DNA from: Thermoanaerobaculia bacterium
Lineage (GTDB): Bacteria; Acidobacteriota; Thermoanaerobaculia; Gp7-AA8
Length of the DNA: 64,000 nt
Assembly (NCBI GenBank): GCA_035569395.1
Contig: DATMNC010000063.1
Span: 91,059 to 155,058, forward strand
Direction: 5' to 3'
The translations under genes and the position numbers were made by a program. Below the pieces are notes generated by a model. That model was not told where the DNA came from, made no database searches, and worked only from the letters and a program-made list of their open reading frames with translations. This document shows positions 19,409-27,692 of the stretch, one piece after another (position 1 is the stretch's first letter; each line of letters begins with the position of its first letter).

Positions 19409-20295
19409 AGAGACTTGGGGATTATCGCACGGAGGATTCGCCTGGCCCGTGCGCTCGGCGCTTCTCCTTCGGCGCGAACGTGAGTCTCCGGGTGATCTTC
19501 ACCGAGAAGCACCTCGCGTGTTCGGAGATAGCCGATGCGTGTCAACACGTCGAGCACCTCCCAACGGCGCTCGGTGAAGCCGAACGGCAGACGATGACGG
19601 GGACGGATCACGACGACACGCGGATCGGTGACGACGTGCTCGTAGTCGCCTTTCTTCTTGAAGAGCCCACCCTCCGATTCCCCTTTCTGCGTCACCACGA
19701 CCACCGCGTCGCATCCTTCGGCGAGGGCTTTCTCATACGGGGCATTGTCGGAGATGCCGCCGTCGCCGTACGCCACCCCATCGATGATGGGGCGATGCGT
19801 GTAGAACGGTGGGAGGTAGTTGGTGGCCAGGAGTAGCTGGAGCGGATCGTCGACGTCGCGCGCGTTGAAGATGACGTTGGCGCCGTCGCGAAAGCGGGTG
19901 ACCGAGACGAAGAGCGGAAGCGCGTCCGGCTGGCGAAAGCGACCGGACCCGATGAATCGGTCGAAGTTGCGCTTGTGCATGTGGCGAAAGCGCCACGGCG
20001 AGTGGTCGACGAGCAGATTGCGCAGATCGATGTGCGGCATGCGCATGAACGACCGCCAGTAGTAGCGGATCCGCGCCTCGGAGCGGGCGGCGACGATGGC
20101 GGCGTTCCACGCGCCGGCGGAAACGCCGATCGTCAGCGACGGCGTAACTCCGAGCTCGGCCAGCGCCTCGATCACGCCGATCTGAAAGGCACAGCGGGAG
20201 GAGCCGCCTGAGAACACATAGCCAACTTTCCCGGCGTCACGAAGCAGAGCGAGACGATCCAAGGACTTCAGCTTATCCTTTTGCGGTGAACGCAA
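19405..20295 (-). CDS. patatin-like phospholipase
   Basis: GYVFSGGSSRCAFQIG (oxyanion GGxR), GVSAGA (GxSxG) and a DGG motif (YGDGGISDN). ATGA overlap with the amidase gene. The TTG start is uncertain. Confidence 0.8.
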   Translation of the reverse strand: MRSPQKDKLKSLDRLALLRDAGKVGYVFSGGSSRCAFQIGVIEALAELGVTPSLTIGVSAGAWNAAIVAARSEARIRYYWRSFMRMPHIDLRNLLVDHSPWRFRHMHKRNFDRFIGSGRFRQPDALPLFVSVTRFRDGANVIFNARDVDDPLQLLLATNYLPPFYTHRPIIDGVAYGDGGISDNAPYEKALAEGCDAVVVVTQKGESEGGLFKKKGDYEHVVTDPRVVVIRPRHRLPFGFTERRWEVLDVLTRIGYLRTREVLLGEDHPETHVRAEGEAPSARARRILRAIIPKSL

Positions 20296-20879
20296 AACGA
20301 TTCATCCTCATTCTGGCTCTGCTGACGGTCGCCTGTGGTGGCGGAAATGAGCCCGCCGGCCCGCATGTGGCAAGAGATCCGATCAGCGTCCGCGGCTGGA
20401 TCGTCGACGTTGATACCGGCCCGAACAACGCCTACCACACCATCGAAACGGAAGCGGCCCGCAAGCAGAATCTCTTCCGCGGAACGAATGTCTGGATCGA
20501 GAACGCGCCGTATGTCTCAGGCGGCGTGGCGGAGACGGGAGCATTCCTCCTTCTCGATGTGCCGCCCGGCAATATCACGATCATGTTCTCCGCCCCCGGC
20601 GCCCCTGCGGCACGGCTGGTCCTCGGCCAGATCCCCGGCAATGCCGACGTCTTCGTCCCGGCCATGATGTTGAAGCGCGATGGTGTCGCGCTGCTCGATC
20701 CCGCCAGCGTCAAGGTGCGACTGGCAGACAACGTCAGCGAAGCCGCACCCACCGGCGCGTTCGCCATCGTCGCCGGCCAGCGAGTCCCGGTGATGCGTAC
20801 GCCGATCAATCAGATGATCGACCGCCTCGACTACCCGACGCCACCGACGGCGCAAAGACCGCTGGCAACGGTGAAGTAA
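20286..20879 (+). CDS. lipoprotein, function unknown
   Basis: MNAKRFILILALLTVACGG gives a signal peptide and lipobox. GTG start. Its 5' end overlaps the divergent patatin ORF by 10 nt if both starts are as drawn. Confidence 0.55.
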   Translation: MNAKRFILILALLTVACGGGNEPAGPHVARDPISVRGWIVDVDTGPNNAYHTIETEAARKQNLFRGTNVWIENAPYVSGGVAETGAFLLLDVPPGNITIMFSAPGAPAARLVLGQIPGNADVFVPAMMLKRDGVALLDPASVKVRLADNVSEAAPTGAFAIVAGQRVPVMRTPINQMIDRLDYPTPPTAQRPLATVK

Positions 20880-20889
20880 CTGGCCGGCG

Positions 20890-20985
20890 GCGCGTTGTCG
20901 GTTGTCAGTTGTCGGTTGTCAGTTGGCGCACGTCGAGGCTACGTAAATCGCGGCCTAGTCCGACAACCGATAACCGACAACGCGC
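20890..20985. repeat. inverted arrays of GTTGTCG/GTTGTCA heptamers (element E5)
   Basis: gcgcgttgtcggttgtcagttgtcggttgtcagttgg, a 33-nt loop, then ccgacaaccgataaccgacaacgcgc. Lies between convergent stops. Confidence 0.85.
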
Positions 20986-21001
20986 GGCGTAGCGCGCGCA
21001 G

Positions 21002-21580
21002 TTACTTCACGCGGGTCCCGACGAAGAATCCGTTCACGTTCAAGCCCGGGTTTCGTCCGGCGAAACCGCCGTTGGAGATGTGGAAGTAGCGATAGCCGAC
21101 ATACAGCGGCGTCCTGGCGTTCGGGAAAAGGGCGACGCCGAGGCCGAGCTGCGAATTGAAATTGAGCTTTGACGTCGCCGCGGGAATGCGACGGTTCGAC
21201 CACATCGGACCGGTGCCGAGGTCGGCGTACGGCCGCAGGGTCGACGACGACCCCCAATACTGCCGGATGAAGAAGTGCGCCCACTCCGCGCGCACGGAGT
21301 CGTCGGGATCGCCGTAGGTATAACCGAACCAGCTCCGCGGCTGGCGCACGTCGGAATAGTCGATGTCGACACCTGCCCGGGCATTGGGCAGATAGCGCTC
21401 GAGAAGTCGGGGAAGCTTCGGGCGGCCAATCAGCTCGAAGCTGATCATCCGGAAGCGAGACTGGCCGTGACGGTTTGTCTCACTCTTCGCATTGGCCAGA
21501 TAGATGTTGAAATCGCCGGCGAACGCGGGCGAGGAAAGCAGTAGCAGGAGAACGACGGATCGGGCGACGAATCGGACCAT
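21002..21580 (-). CDS. PagL-like lipid A deacylase / acyloxyacyl hydrolase outer-membrane protein
   Basis: Signal peptide MVRFVARSVVLLLLLSSPAFA, beta-barrel character, and a C-terminal YRYFHISNGG (HxSNG catalytic motif of the PagL family). Confidence 0.7.
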   Translation of the reverse strand: MVRFVARSVVLLLLLSSPAFAGDFNIYLANAKSETNRHGQSRFRMISFELIGRPKLPRLLERYLPNARAGVDIDYSDVRQPRSWFGYTYGDPDDSVRAEWAHFFIRQYWGSSSTLRPYADLGTGPMWSNRRIPAATSKLNFNSQLGLGVALFPNARTPLYVGYRYFHISNGGFAGRNPGLNVNGFFVGTRVK

Positions 21581-21639
21581 GGCCGCGCATTCTAAACGCG
21601 CTGGCATCCGGCGTGAACAAGCTCTGCTGAGAGGTACCC

Positions 21640-22119
21640 ATGCCCGATCGAAGGCAAAAAGCCAGAGGCAACATCCTGTCGCGCTTCGCGACGGCGGCGA
21701 CGAACTGGACCGGGTCGACCGGCGCGTTCGTCACTGCGGCGTTGATCATCATCGTCTGGGGCGCCACCGGATCGATCTTCCACTACTCCGACACCTGGCA
21801 GCTCATCATCAATACCGGCACCACCATCGTCACGTTTCTGATGGTCTTCCTCATTCAGCGCGCCCAGAACCGTGACGCACTGGCGGTACAACTCAAGCTC
21901 GACGAGATCGTGGCCGCCCTCGAAGGGGCCAGCAACCGCCTAATCTCGGTCGAAGACCTGGCCGAGGATGAGCTGAAGGTTCTACGCATCCACTACCAGC
22001 GCCTCGCTGAAATGGCCAAGCGCGACGAAACGATCACCGAGTCGCATTCGATCGAAGAAGCCGAGGCAAGGCATAACTTCAAGGAGGATCGGAGGAAGGC
22101 GAGGATGGGGACGAAGTAG
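21640..22119 (+). CDS. low-affinity iron permease family protein
   Basis: GSIFHYSDTWQLIINTGTTIVTFLMVFLIQRAQNRDALAVQLKLDEIV matches the conserved core of that family. Confidence 0.8.
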   Translation: MPDRRQKARGNILSRFATAATNWTGSTGAFVTAALIIIVWGATGSIFHYSDTWQLIINTGTTIVTFLMVFLIQRAQNRDALAVQLKLDEIVAALEGASNRLISVEDLAEDELKVLRIHYQRLAEMAKRDETITESHSIEEAEARHNFKEDRRKARMGTK

Positions 22120-22120
22120 G

Positions 22121-22287
22121 TTGCTCGGTTGCTGGGTTGCTGGGTTGCTGGGTTACTCGGTTGCTGGATTACTGGGTTGCTCGGTTGTCGGTTGTCGGTT
22201 GTCGGTTGTCGAGGATCAAATCGTAACCTGTAAACTCAGCAACTCAGCAACTCAGCAACTCAGCAACCGCGCGACCCCGCAACCCCG
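22121..22287. repeat. largest array: GTTGCTGG octamers + GTTGTCG heptamers facing CTCAGCAA octamers (element E6)
   Basis: gttgctcg gttgctgg x3 gttactcg gttgctgg attactgg gttgctcg gttgtcg x4, about 25 nt of spacer, then ctcagcaa x4 ccgcgcga ccccgcaa ccccg. Fills the whole gap between convergent stops. Confidence 0.9.
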
Positions 22288-22289
22288 TC

Positions 22290-23261
22290 TCACACCGACC
22301 CAATCAGCTCCGCGAACTTCTTCAGATCGATGTTCCCGCCGGAGATGACGGCGACGATCGGTCCCTCGCCCGCTCTTCCGCTGAGCGCCGCCGCAACGGA
22401 GAGCGCGCCGGCACCTTCTGCGATGACGCGAACCTTCTCGGCGACGAGGCGCATGGCCCGCTTCGTCTCGTCGAGCGTGACTACGACCGATCCATCGACG
22501 ATCCCCTGCATCCTCTCCCACATGCGCGGAAAGACGCTCTTGCCGCCCGCGCCGTCGACGAACGACGGCTGGAAGTCGTCGAACTTCTGCGGCGACCCCG
22601 CCTCGAACGATTTCGCGCCCGGCGAGGCGGTCTCCGGCTCCGCGCCGAGAATCCTCACCGAGGGTGCGAGCTGACGGATGGCGCTGCCGATGCCGGAGAC
22701 CAGTCCGCCGCCGCCGATGGCGGCGATCACCGTCCTCACCTCCGGCAGATCTTCGAGAATCTCCAGCCCGAGCGAGGCATTGCCGGCGATGAAGTTGTGG
22801 TCATCGAAGGGATGGATGAACGATCCCTCTACCCCTTCGAAGGCCCGATCCTCCATGGCACGCCACGCGGCATCGAAGGGCGCCTTCACGACGCGCGCGC
22901 CGAGGTTGCGCATCCGCTCGATCTTCGTCTCCGGAGCGGTCTCGATCGTGACCACCGTGCACGGGATGCCGTACGCGCGCGCCGCGAAGGCCACGCCCTG
23001 TCCGGCATTTCCGGCGCTGATGGTCCATACCCCTTTGGCCCGCTCCTCGGGAGTGAGCATTGCCACGGCGTTCGCCGCGCCCCGGATCTTGAAGGCATTG
23101 ATCGGCTGCAGGTTGTCGAGCTTCAGCCAGATATCGGGCACCGGCGCGTCATGCCGCAGCTTGATCAGCGGCGTGCGCGTGATGATGCCGCGTATCCGCT
23201 CGCGCGCGGCGTAGATCTCATCGAGGGTGACGGGACGGACAGGAGGGGCGGCGGTCGGCAT
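22290..23261 (-). CDS. threonine/serine dehydratase-like PLP enzyme
   Basis: LKLDNLQPINAFKIRGAANA (PLP Lys), SAGNAGQGVAFAA and GGGGLVSG are typical of the Trp-synthase-beta-fold dehydratases. Confidence 0.85.
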   Translation of the reverse strand: MPTAAPPVRPVTLDEIYAARERIRGIITRTPLIKLRHDAPVPDIWLKLDNLQPINAFKIRGAANAVAMLTPEERAKGVWTISAGNAGQGVAFAARAYGIPCTVVTIETAPETKIERMRNLGARVVKAPFDAAWRAMEDRAFEGVEGSFIHPFDDHNFIAGNASLGLEILEDLPEVRTVIAAIGGGGLVSGIGSAIRQLAPSVRILGAEPETASPGAKSFEAGSPQKFDDFQPSFVDGAGGKSVFPRMWERMQGIVDGSVVVTLDETKRAMRLVAEKVRVIAEGAGALSVAAALSGRAGEGPIVAVISGGNIDLKKFAELIGSV

Positions 23262-23299
23262 GGGGAGACATTGTAAGAGACCTCGCCCATGGCATACTG

Positions 23300-23530
23300 A
23301 TGCACGTGAGCTCGATCAAGATCATCGTCGAGAAACATGACGACGGCTACGTCGCCTATCCTGTCGGAATGCGGGGCGTCGTCATCGGCGAAGGCGACAC
23401 GTACGATCAGGCGCTGGCGGACGTCCGGTCGGCGATTCAGTTTCACATCGAGACCTTTGGCGCTGGGGCGTTTGAGAATGACTCGCCGGTTCTCGACGCA
23501 TTCGTGGCCGAAACTGAAGTCACGGTCTGA
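23300..23530 (+). CDS. hicB: HicB-family antitoxin
   Basis: 76 aa. [44 protein letters not shown] is a HicB/UPF0150 fold signature. Its stop overlaps the hicA start. Confidence 0.75.
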   Translation: MHVSSIKIIVEKHDDGYVAYPVGMRGVVIGEGDTYDQALADVRSAIQFHIETFGAGAFENDSPVLDAFVAETEVTV

Positions 23531-23763
23531 TGCCGAAGTTTCCGGTGGACGCGCCGAAGGCGCGCGTGCTGGCTGCGTTTGGGCGGCTTGGTTTTACCGT
23601 CGTTCGAGAGCGTGAGCACATCGCACTGGAACGGGTGAACGAAGACGGCACGCGCACCCCGATGACCATTCCGAATCACCGCAGCCTGAGAGCTTCCACG
23701 CTTCGATCGATCTGTACACAGGCCGGAATCTCGCGCGACGACTTCCTGCACGCGTACCGATGA
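23530..23763 (+). CDS. hicA: HicA-family mRNA interferase toxin
   Basis: 77 aa. [23 protein letters not shown]...[30 protein letters not shown] resembles HicA (YcfA). Confidence 0.7.
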   Translation: MPKFPVDAPKARVLAAFGRLGFTVVREREHIALERVNEDGTRTPMTIPNHRSLRASTLRSICTQAGISRDDFLHAYR

Positions 23764-23770
23764 GGCGTAG

Positions 23771-25045
23771 CTACCGCACGATCGTCTCTTCCCTTCGCGG
23801 CCCGGTCGAGATGATCGTGGCCTGGCACTCCACCTCATCCTCGATGAACCGCACGTAATCCTTCGCTGCCTGCGGAAGATCGTCGTACGACGTCATGCCG
23901 ACCGTCGGCTCCTTCCACCCTTTGAACGTCCGGTACTCCGGCTTGTAGTCGTTGTGCGCGACCGCGAAGGCGGGAAACGTCTTCCAGACCTCGGAGCGGA
24001 CGTTGTAGCCGATGCAGACCGGAATCTGGTCAAACTCATCGAGGACGTCGAGCTTGGTCAGGGCGATGGCATCGAGTCCGTTCAGCATCGCCGAGGTGCG
24101 GAGGACGGGGAGATCGAGCCAGCCGGTACGGCGCGGACGGCCGGTGACGGTGCCGAACTCGTTGCCGCGGGCCCGCAGGTGCTCGCCGCTGGCATCGTTC
24201 AACTCCGTCGGAAACGCGCCGCCGCCGACGCGCGTCGTGTAGGCCTTGGCCACGCCGATGACGCGGTGGATGTGCTTCGGGGCCACGCCAAGGCCGGTGC
24301 AGACGCCGCCAACGACCGTGCTCGATGACGTCACGAACGGGTAGGTGCCGTGGTCGATGTCGAGCATCGCCCCCTGCGCCCCTTCGAACATCACCTTCTT
24401 GCCGGCGCGGATCTGTTCGTTGATCAGGATCGTTCCGTTGGTGATTCGGTCGGCCAGCACCTCGCCGTAGCGCGTGTAGTCGTCGTAGAGCTTCTGCGGG
24501 TTGAAGCCCTCCTTGCCGTAGACGCCCTTGAGCACCGGGTTCTTCTCGGCGCACGCGAATTCGATGCGGTCGCGCAGGACGTAGGGGTCGAGCAGGTCCG
24601 CCACGCGGATGCCGTAGCGGCTGACTTTCGTCTCGTAGGCGGGACCGATGCCGCGTCCGGTCGTGCCGATTTTCCCCGCCCCGGCCGCTTCCTCGCGGGC
24701 CAGATCGAGCGCCTTGTGGTACGGCAGGATGACCTGGGCGGAGTCGCTGATCTTGAGGTTCGAATCGATGACGACGCCGAGCGCCCGCAGTTTCTCGATC
24801 TCGTCGAGCAGCGCCTCGGGGTCGATGACCATTCCGTTGCCGAGGATGCAGAGCTTGTCGGGATGGAGAATCCCCGACGGGATGAGACGCAGCGAGAAAT
24901 GCTTCTCGCCGAATTTCACCGTGTGGCCGGCGTTATGACCACCCTGATAGCGGGCCACGACGTCGAAGGATTCGCAGAGAAGATCGACGATCTTCCCCTT
25001 CCCCTCGTCGCCCCATTGCGCGCCGATTACGGCAAGGTTCTGCAT
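23771..25045 (-). CDS. purA: adenylosuccinate synthetase
   Basis: VIGAQWGDEGKGKIVD...GGHNAGHT...GTTGRGIGPAYE...TTRVGGGAFPTEL. Confidence 0.95.
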   Translation of the reverse strand: MQNLAVIGAQWGDEGKGKIVDLLCESFDVVARYQGGHNAGHTVKFGEKHFSLRLIPSGILHPDKLCILGNGMVIDPEALLDEIEKLRALGVVIDSNLKISDSAQVILPYHKALDLAREEAAGAGKIGTTGRGIGPAYETKVSRYGIRVADLLDPYVLRDRIEFACAEKNPVLKGVYGKEGFNPQKLYDDYTRYGEVLADRITNGTILINEQIRAGKKVMFEGAQGAMLDIDHGTYPFVTSSSTVVGGVCTGLGVAPKHIHRVIGVAKAYTTRVGGGAFPTELNDASGEHLRARGNEFGTVTGRPRRTGWLDLPVLRTSAMLNGLDAIALTKLDVLDEFDQIPVCIGYNVRSEVWKTFPAFAVAHNDYKPEYRTFKGWKEPTVGMTSYDDLPQAAKDYVRFIEDEVECQATIISTGPRREETIVR

Positions 25046-25083
25046 TGCGGCGCGGAGCCTAGCATGTTGTACGGAGCTTGGGT

Positions 25084-25112
25084 GACAACCGACAACCGAT
25101 TACCGACAACCG
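25084..25112. repeat. solo array of GACAACC heptamers (element E7, no partner arm)
   Basis: gacaacc gacaacc gattacc gacaacc g, in the divergent purA / cupin promoter region. I found no complementary arm nearby. Confidence 0.7.
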
Positions 25113-25145
25113 CCGAAGAGCTATAGTAATCAAGCGAGGACCCTC

Positions 25146-25799
25146 ATGGATCTGCACAACATTCCCTCTACGCCCCCCCAGCCCGTCTATTCGCCGACGT
25201 CCGTTCCCGTCGAACAGTTCGTCGAAGGCATCCGCGAGCTATCGTCCGGGCTGATCACGAAGCAGAAGATCTATGACTTCCTGGCCACGTACGAGATCCG
25301 CGCCGAGGATCTGGAGCGCTACAAGATGTGGCTACCCGACCGCCACACCCGCAACAAGGTCTTCCGCAACGAGATGATCGAAGCGATGGTGATCTGCTGG
25401 CCGATCGGAGCCATCACCCCGCTTCACACCCATAACGGCCAGCTCGGATGGATGACGATGGTCGAGGGGAAGCTGGTGGTCGAGAATTACAAGCAGCTCG
25501 GCTGCAACCGCCCCGAGAATCAGCAGGTCGTGGGGATGGACTGCCTGGCCGGCGCCACCCGCATCGAGATGCAGTCCCTCGGCACGGAGCTTTGCGTCCC
25601 GGGCGGGCCGCTCAACACGGTCGACAAGACCCAGACCATCCACCGCATCAAGAATCTCGAGGAGTGGAACGAGCGCGCCGTCAGCCTCCACGTCTACTCG
25701 CGCCCCATCGACTCCTGCGTCGTCTTCGACATCGAGGCCGGCCGATGTTTCCGCAGAGATCTGAAATACGACAACGAGCCGGCAGGGCCGGCGGCCTGA
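25146..25799 (+). CDS. cysteine-dioxygenase-like cupin protein
   Basis: ICWPIGAITPLHTHNGQLGWMTMVEGKLVVENY is a cupin metal motif of CDO type. The assignment is by family resemblance only. Confidence 0.6.
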   Translation: MDLHNIPSTPPQPVYSPTSVPVEQFVEGIRELSSGLITKQKIYDFLATYEIRAEDLERYKMWLPDRHTRNKVFRNEMIEAMVICWPIGAITPLHTHNGQLGWMTMVEGKLVVENYKQLGCNRPENQQVVGMDCLAGATRIEMQSLGTELCVPGGPLNTVDKTQTIHRIKNLEEWNERAVSLHVYSRPIDSCVVFDIEAGRCFRRDLKYDNEPAGPAA

Positions 25800-25817
25800 G
25801 TTGCCTTGGCCAAATTG

Positions 25818-25916
25818 TCATCCTGAGACTGCCCCTTCGGCTGCGCTCAGGGCAGGCTCCGCCGCTGAGCGAGCGTAGCGAGCGAAAAGCGGCGGAGGAC
25901 GGCGAAGGATCTCGAG
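25818..25916. repeat. structured intergenic element (GTCATCCTGAG ... GAAGGATCTC type) with nested hairpins
   Basis: A perfect 10-bp stem, ctccgccgct (25858-67) with agcggcggag (25889-98), encloses gagcgagcg/tagcgagcg. A 6-bp stem pairs ctgccc with gggcag. The outer motif resembles a widespread short repeat that is often mis-translated as VILSEAKDL-type ORFs. Confidence 0.5.
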
Positions 25917-25974
25917 ATGCGCAGACTGGGGCAGAAGCGCAGCAGGGTTTGTTTCCAGCGATAGAGTTCGACCA

Positions 25975-26337
25975 ATGCCCGCAACCGCCATTCATCACAT
26001 CCAGATCGCCATGCCGCACGGCCAGGAGGTACGCGGCCGCGCCTTCTACGCCGACCTTCTCGGCCTGATCGAAATCCCCAAACCGGCCAGCCTGGCCGAG
26101 CGCGGCGGCCTCTGGTTCCGCATCGGATCGCTGGAGCTACACCTCGGCGTCGAGGACGATTTCCATCCGGCAAAGAAAGCGCATCCCGGGCTGCTGGTCG
26201 ATGATCTGCCATCGCTCGTGGCACGTCTTGAAGCAGCGGGACATACCACGAGGCCCGACAACCGGCTGGAAGGCTACGACCGGGCATACGTGAACGACCC
26301 GTTCGGCAATCGCGTCGAGCTGCTGCAACGGCGCTGA
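25975..26337 (+). CDS. VOC/glyoxalase-family protein
   Basis: 120 aa. IHHIQIAMPHGQE..ARAFYADLLGL...HPGLLVDDL...DPFGNRVEL. Confidence 0.8.
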   Translation: MPATAIHHIQIAMPHGQEVRGRAFYADLLGLIEIPKPASLAERGGLWFRIGSLELHLGVEDDFHPAKKAHPGLLVDDLPSLVARLEAAGHTTRPDNRLEGYDRAYVNDPFGNRVELLQRR

Positions 26338-26339
26338 GG

Positions 26340-27638
26340 CTACGGCGGTGGCCGCGTAAACACCTGCGGCTCCCCTTCAGGCCAGCGCATGCGGATCGTT
26401 CCGTCTTGTGCCAGCTCGAGGGCGATCGAGTCCTGCCGGTTGTAGAGCGTGTTCGTACCAGTGGGCATCAGATAGACCGTGTCGCGCGAATCCCCCCACC
26501 GCTGGTAGAGCGATCCCTCGTTCTCGATGATCTCGATCGCCGCGATGTCGGGATTCGAGAAACGGCCGAGCCATTTCTTCCGCTGGCCCTCCGTCGATGC
26601 CACCGCGGGCGGCGAAGGCATCACGCGCGGAGGCTCGATACCAAGCGCAATCGCTGCCAGCCCTTTCCCGATCCCGACCAGCGCTCCGCTTTGAACGTTC
26701 GTCAGCACGACCACGTAAAGGTCATCGTCGAGATACGCGGCCAGATAGGACGCCGTCCCGCTGAGAATCCCCGACTGCTCGATGACGTTGCGGTCGAAGT
26801 ACTTCCGTGCGCCCCAGCCGAAGGGATACTCGAGGGCCTTTCGCTTGAACGGCTTCTCGTTTCGAACGCTGCGCGCCCATCGATGAAGATCCTCGGCGCT
26901 GGAAATCACGGAGCCGCTGCCGATGGCTGACCACGTCCCTTCACAGGGAGCGTTCTGAAGCCCGGCCGGTCCCGGACCCGGAACGTAGCCGTGCAGACGC
27001 ATCGGGGTGATGGGACCCCTGCGGTCTATGGTCGTCTCCGAAAGGGCAAGCGGCGCGAAAATCTCTTTGGCCAGAAAGTCCTGCCAGGACAGTCCGGAAG
27101 CAACCTCGATGACACGCGCCAGCAGTGTGTAACCGCCGTTGCTGTAGCGGCTCTTCGTTCCCGGCTCGAATGCCAGCGGCTTCGCGGCGATCTGCTTCAC
27201 GAGATCGTCCAGCGTGACCTCGGAGCACGATAACGAGTCAGGGTCGGCCACACCCGACGAGTGACCGAGCAGTTGCCGGATGGTGATCTTCTCCCCAGCC
27301 GGAAATTCGGGTATGAACCTCGAAAGAGGATCGGTATAGGCAAGCTTGCCACGCTCGACGAGCATCGATATCGCAGCGGCCGTGAACGTCTTCGTAATCG
27401 AAGCGATCCGGAAACGGGAACGCCCCGACATCGGAACGTTCAGCTCCCAGTCCGCGAGGCCGTAGGCTTTCCGGACGAGCACCTTGTCGCCGCGAGCGAT
27501 CAGGACCACCCCGTTGAAATCGTGGGTCGCCGCGAGCGGCGCAATGTAGGCATCGACGCGCTTCGCAAGGTCACCATCGGAAACGGCGGCCGGGAGCGAT
27601 GTAGCGGTCAGCAGTAACAGGGCAGACAGGAATCGCAT
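26340..27638 (-). CDS. serine hydrolase (class C beta-lactamase / PBP4*-like), secreted
   Basis: Starts at MRFLSALLLLTATSLPA. SxxK motif in RIASITKTFTA, plus YSNGGY. The track ORF extends to 28094, and that extension is spurious. Confidence 0.85.
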   Translation of the reverse strand: MRFLSALLLLTATSLPAAVSDGDLAKRVDAYIAPLAATHDFNGVVLIARGDKVLVRKAYGLADWELNVPMSGRSRFRIASITKTFTAAAISMLVERGKLAYTDPLSRFIPEFPAGEKITIRQLLGHSSGVADPDSLSCSEVTLDDLVKQIAAKPLAFEPGTKSRYSNGGYTLLARVIEVASGLSWQDFLAKEIFAPLALSETTIDRRGPITPMRLHGYVPGPGPAGLQNAPCEGTWSAIGSGSVISSAEDLHRWARSVRNEKPFKRKALEYPFGWGARKYFDRNVIEQSGILSGTASYLAAYLDDDLYVVVLTNVQSGALVGIGKGLAAIALGIEPPRVMPSPPAVASTEGQRKKWLGRFSNPDIAAIEIIENEGSLYQRWGDSRDTVYLMPTGTNTLYNRQDSIALELAQDGTIRMRWPEGEPQVFTRPPP

Positions 27639-27692
27639 GGCGCATTTTGCGCAGTACCATTCGCGCCGCAAGAGAAAGTTGGGGAACATTCG

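Noticed and set aside
22121-22348. 75-aa [23 protein letters not shown]..., and similar ORFs over other arrays (15452..15745, 45468..46001, 20895..21089)
   Set aside because: They are simply translations of the tandem nucleotide repeats. They have no RBS and overlap real genes.
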